DNA from: Octopus bimaculoides
Taxonomy: Eukaryota
Length of the DNA: 38,035 bases
NCBI RefSeq assembly: GCF_001194135.2
Contig: NC_068997.1
Location: forward strand, 23,251,541 to 23,289,575
Direction of reading: 5' to 3'
Part shown: in pieces, positions 35,123 through 38,035 of the stretch
Layout: every line of letters begins with the position of its first letter
Position numbering within the stretch: the stretch's first letter is position 1
The notes under the pieces: generated by a model
What the model saw: only the letters and a program-made list of their open reading frames with translations
Databases searched by the model: none
Told to the model about the DNA's origin: nothing
Program-made: the position numbers and the translations under genes

Positions 35123-35699
35123 AGCTTTTAAATAATGCTTGTCGTTTCCTAGCTAACATAATTTCGTCTCTCACATTCGTAAATTTCTTGTTTGTTGTTC
35201 TCTAGCTAACATTCTCTATTTTCTGGCTGACATATATTCATCTCCAGCTAATTTTCTTCGATTTTAAAAGCTAACATATGTTTATACAACATCCAACATA
35301 TACATGTTATTCCCTAGCTAACATTTACTCTTTCCCTGTTATTTGTTATTCTCTAACAACCATCTTGTGTTCTTTGGTTAGCATTAGTTGTTCTCTCTAA
35401 TATCCTTTCTTCACTATTGCTGCGTTGATCTTTAATTTTTGTTGCTATCGGGTATCGTATTCTCTCGCTAATATCTTTTGTTATTTAGTTAATATTCATT
35501 ATTTTCTTGCTAATATCTTTTTGTTCTCTATTCTATATTCATGGTTCTCCAACAAAATCCACAGTACCCCCGCTAATACGCTGCGTTCTTTAACTAGCAT
35601 TCTCAAAAATAGATTGGTTTTAGTGGTTCCCAGAAGCCATTCAGTGGCAGACCTTCATAAATGTATTTAGAGAAAGTTATCTTCACAGACCAGCCATCT

Positions 35700-35955
35700 C
35701 GCTACTACCTACCTACCTACCTACCTACCAATCTACCTAGCTATCTACTCCTTCTATCTGTGTGTCTGTCTGACTGTCCATCTATCTATCTACATATTTT
35801 CCATCCATCCATCCGTCCATATATCCGTCCATCGGTCTATCCATCCATCCGTCCGTCCATCTGTCCGTCCATCCGTCCATCTGTCCGTCCATCCGTCCGT
35901 CCATCCGTCCGTCCATCCGTTCCCCCCCCTCTCTCTCTCTCTATCTATCTATCTG
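35700..35955. repeat. Compound (CTAC)n / (CCAT-CCGT)n / (CT)n / (CTAT)n microsatellite
   Basis: Visible tandem tetranucleotide and octanucleotide units. Confidence 0.9.
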
Positions 35956-37420
35956 AGATACACCTTCAGGTGCAATAGAAGTTGATAATGCAAGATGACA
36001 AAAAATTAGTTTATTTTATTGAGCTACCGCTGCATGCGATAGGTACGGGGTTTCTAAGAATCTTTATTACGTAAATAAATATATTCACAGTTAGGTGAAC
36101 TGGAATATTTCATAATTAAATGTCTTTTCGCACTACAAGCCTGTTAGCTAGTCTTGGCAGAGTGGATAAGCTTTAATAAGCTAACACATCCTTCATCATT
36201 TCATGGGCTTTGATATAATAATCGACACCAATAAATTCCCCAATTATCTGTTTGTAAACGGACCATTTATTTAGAAATGGCTGCTAGTGTCACATGCCAC
36301 TAATATTCCCTGGTCTCATTTTCGATAATTTTTTAGAGCTTAGTTAAATGACGAAGGCCGGCGTCCATCATCCTTTCACAAGACTTAAGAGGATAAAGGT
36401 GGCGTTGGGGGTTAAAATACAATGCGCCTTAGCATTGTACAAGGCTTTGCAAGACTTATTACCTTTTTACAAAGTTTCGAGGATAAAGATTGATATCCTT
36501 GGCCTTCCACGAGGCCTTTCACATGGGAAAAAGAATCGTTACCATTTAAAAAAGTCTTCGAGAAAGCGAGGACGAAAATTTTGACATACTTAACCCGTAA
36601 CTCTTGTCCGAATGCTTGCACCTGATTGGACTATACGAAAGACACCAAGAGCTTGGTAGTGATATGAAATCGTACGACAGATTAAATCTATCAGCTACGA
36701 ACAGGAATAGACACTCTCACAGTTTCCGTTCGCATAGGTGAAACGCACTACCTAAGTTCCTGTATAATATTATCCAACCGGAAAATGCTTGATTGTGAAA
36801 GGGAATTTCTTAACGACGTGGTATGCATCAATAATGAGCCCATGTATCAATGATGTAAGACTAATTTTTTTCACATGAATGATCAGAAAGACCACTCTAA
36901 GAATACTCTAATCTCATATTAAATAGATTAATGCGGAGAAAATAAGAGAAATAGAGATAGAAAACAAAAGAAACTAAGAGTAATATTATATGCATTTGTG
37001 TACTTTTAAGCAACAGGTAAGCAATTATGATTGTACTATCTTATTTTTTTATCCTTGAAACAGCTAGCTGGATTTCGTGGTTGGAAGGAAAGGAACAATA
37101 TGACTATTTAATAAGATAGAGTGCATAATAAAAAGATTAAGACGGAATGAGAAATATCGTATAAATAGATATTTAGCTTGTTTAAGAAGACAGCTAATTT
37201 ATGGCAGACATAAATATAACGCAGGAATTAAGATAAAATACATTGTCAAAATTTAGGGAAAAAAAACAATCCACGACCATTGGCAATTAAGAAAGTGGTG
37301 AATCTCGATTAGGTTAATAACGGAGTGTACATGTAATGACCAGACGCATAAATAATAGGGAAATATGATGTGTATGGGTATGTGTGCTTAACTATATACG
37401 CAGCATATATATATATATTA

Positions 37421-37498
37421 TTTTATTCTTTTACTTATTTCAGTCATTTGACTGCAGCCATGCTGGAGCACCGCCTTTAGTCGAGCAAATTGACACCA
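37421..37498 (-). mobile_element. SINE family A 3' terminal fragment
   Basis: TTCAGTCATTTGACTGCAGCCATGCTGGAGCACCGCCTTTAGTCGAGCAAAT is the reverse complement of 4218-4270. Confidence 0.85.
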
Positions 37499-37726
37499 AG
37501 TTTGTACAGTTTGAGAACATTTAAGAACTTTGCACAGTTCTTAAATATAGACATGTACACACTTTCTTTCCAACTTTTCCAATCTTCTGTTTATATATGC
37601 ATGCGTGTGTGAGTGTGTGTTCTGTTCTACAGGGATGAACGTGTGTATCCAGCATAACATATCAAGTTTCACAAAGCACGCATGAACTCTGAGTATCAAA
37701 GGAGTGAATTACTATCGATTCTACAG

Positions 37727-37784
37727 CAATTATACACTCCACATCATATATTGAATCTTCTCCACCTCCTCTTCCTCCTCGGAT
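37727..37784 (+). CDS. Candidate 58-nt internal exon encoding IIHSTSYIESSPPPLPPR
   Basis: ctacAG acceptor, GAT|GTAAGC donor, and an open frame with a PxxPxR motif. No partner exon was found. Confidence 0.2.
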
Positions 37785-38035
37785 GTAAGCTGTTTATAAA
37801 AAACTTGTTAATGTATTCTGCAAGCCTTGTATTTTAAAACAAGCATTCAGACAAACACACTTCTATTACAATCATTATTTAATAGAAAGAAAAAAAAAAG
37901 AAAAAGAAAAAAAGAAACTTGTTACGGAACATAAAGTCTAAATGAGCTATTTAACAAGGTAAATGGCGAAATGGCTCCAAAGAGGATGGAACATTAAAGA
38001 ACACAGGAGGTCTTCGTTTCCTTTTCTTCTAATTT

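Larger units (their letters stand above)
32090..35600. repeat. Degenerate 21-bp (TAGCTAAC-core) satellite with about 440-480-bp higher-order units
   Basis: Recurrent (TC)TAGCTAA(C/T)AT motif. The landmark TAATATCTCTTG recurs at 32833, 33310 and 33747 with similar flanks. Confidence 0.75.

Noticed and set aside
32090-35600. CRISPR-like repeat-spacer array
   Set aside because: The units are short, contiguous and highly degenerate, with no unique spacers, no cas genes and a eukaryotic context.
36348-36621. Overlapping short ORFs on both strands in unique sequence
   Set aside because: Under 80 aa, no recognisable motif and no convincing splice pair; could be an old TE or UTR.

Overview
AT-rich, repeat-dense eukaryotic DNA with 17 N-gaps (about 7.5 kb, about 20% of the window), mostly flanked by microsatellites. 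The tRNA-derived SINE families and microsatellite load point to a cephalopod (Octopus-like) genome; this is an inference. No protein-coding gene can be called with confidence, and most long ORFs in the track are artefacts of N-gaps or microsatellites. The window contains about 13 SINE copies or fragments from three head types, two decayed fragments of an R4/Dong-like restriction-endonuclease (REL) non-LTR retrotransposon, a hAT-type MITE with an 8-bp TSD, several fold-back inverted repeats, and a 3.5-kb degenerate 21-bp satellite that reads as a heptad repeat. The most interesting signal is five minimal type I hammerhead-ribozyme-like motifs from three related short non-autonomous, Penelope-like repeat families. 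One (28842-28880, minus strand) has a fully canonical core and a perfect stem I. Three share a non-canonical CU(G/A)UUG(A/G) core. At two loci, motifs from different families face each other across a microsatellite. Family assignments come from motif recall, not database searches.
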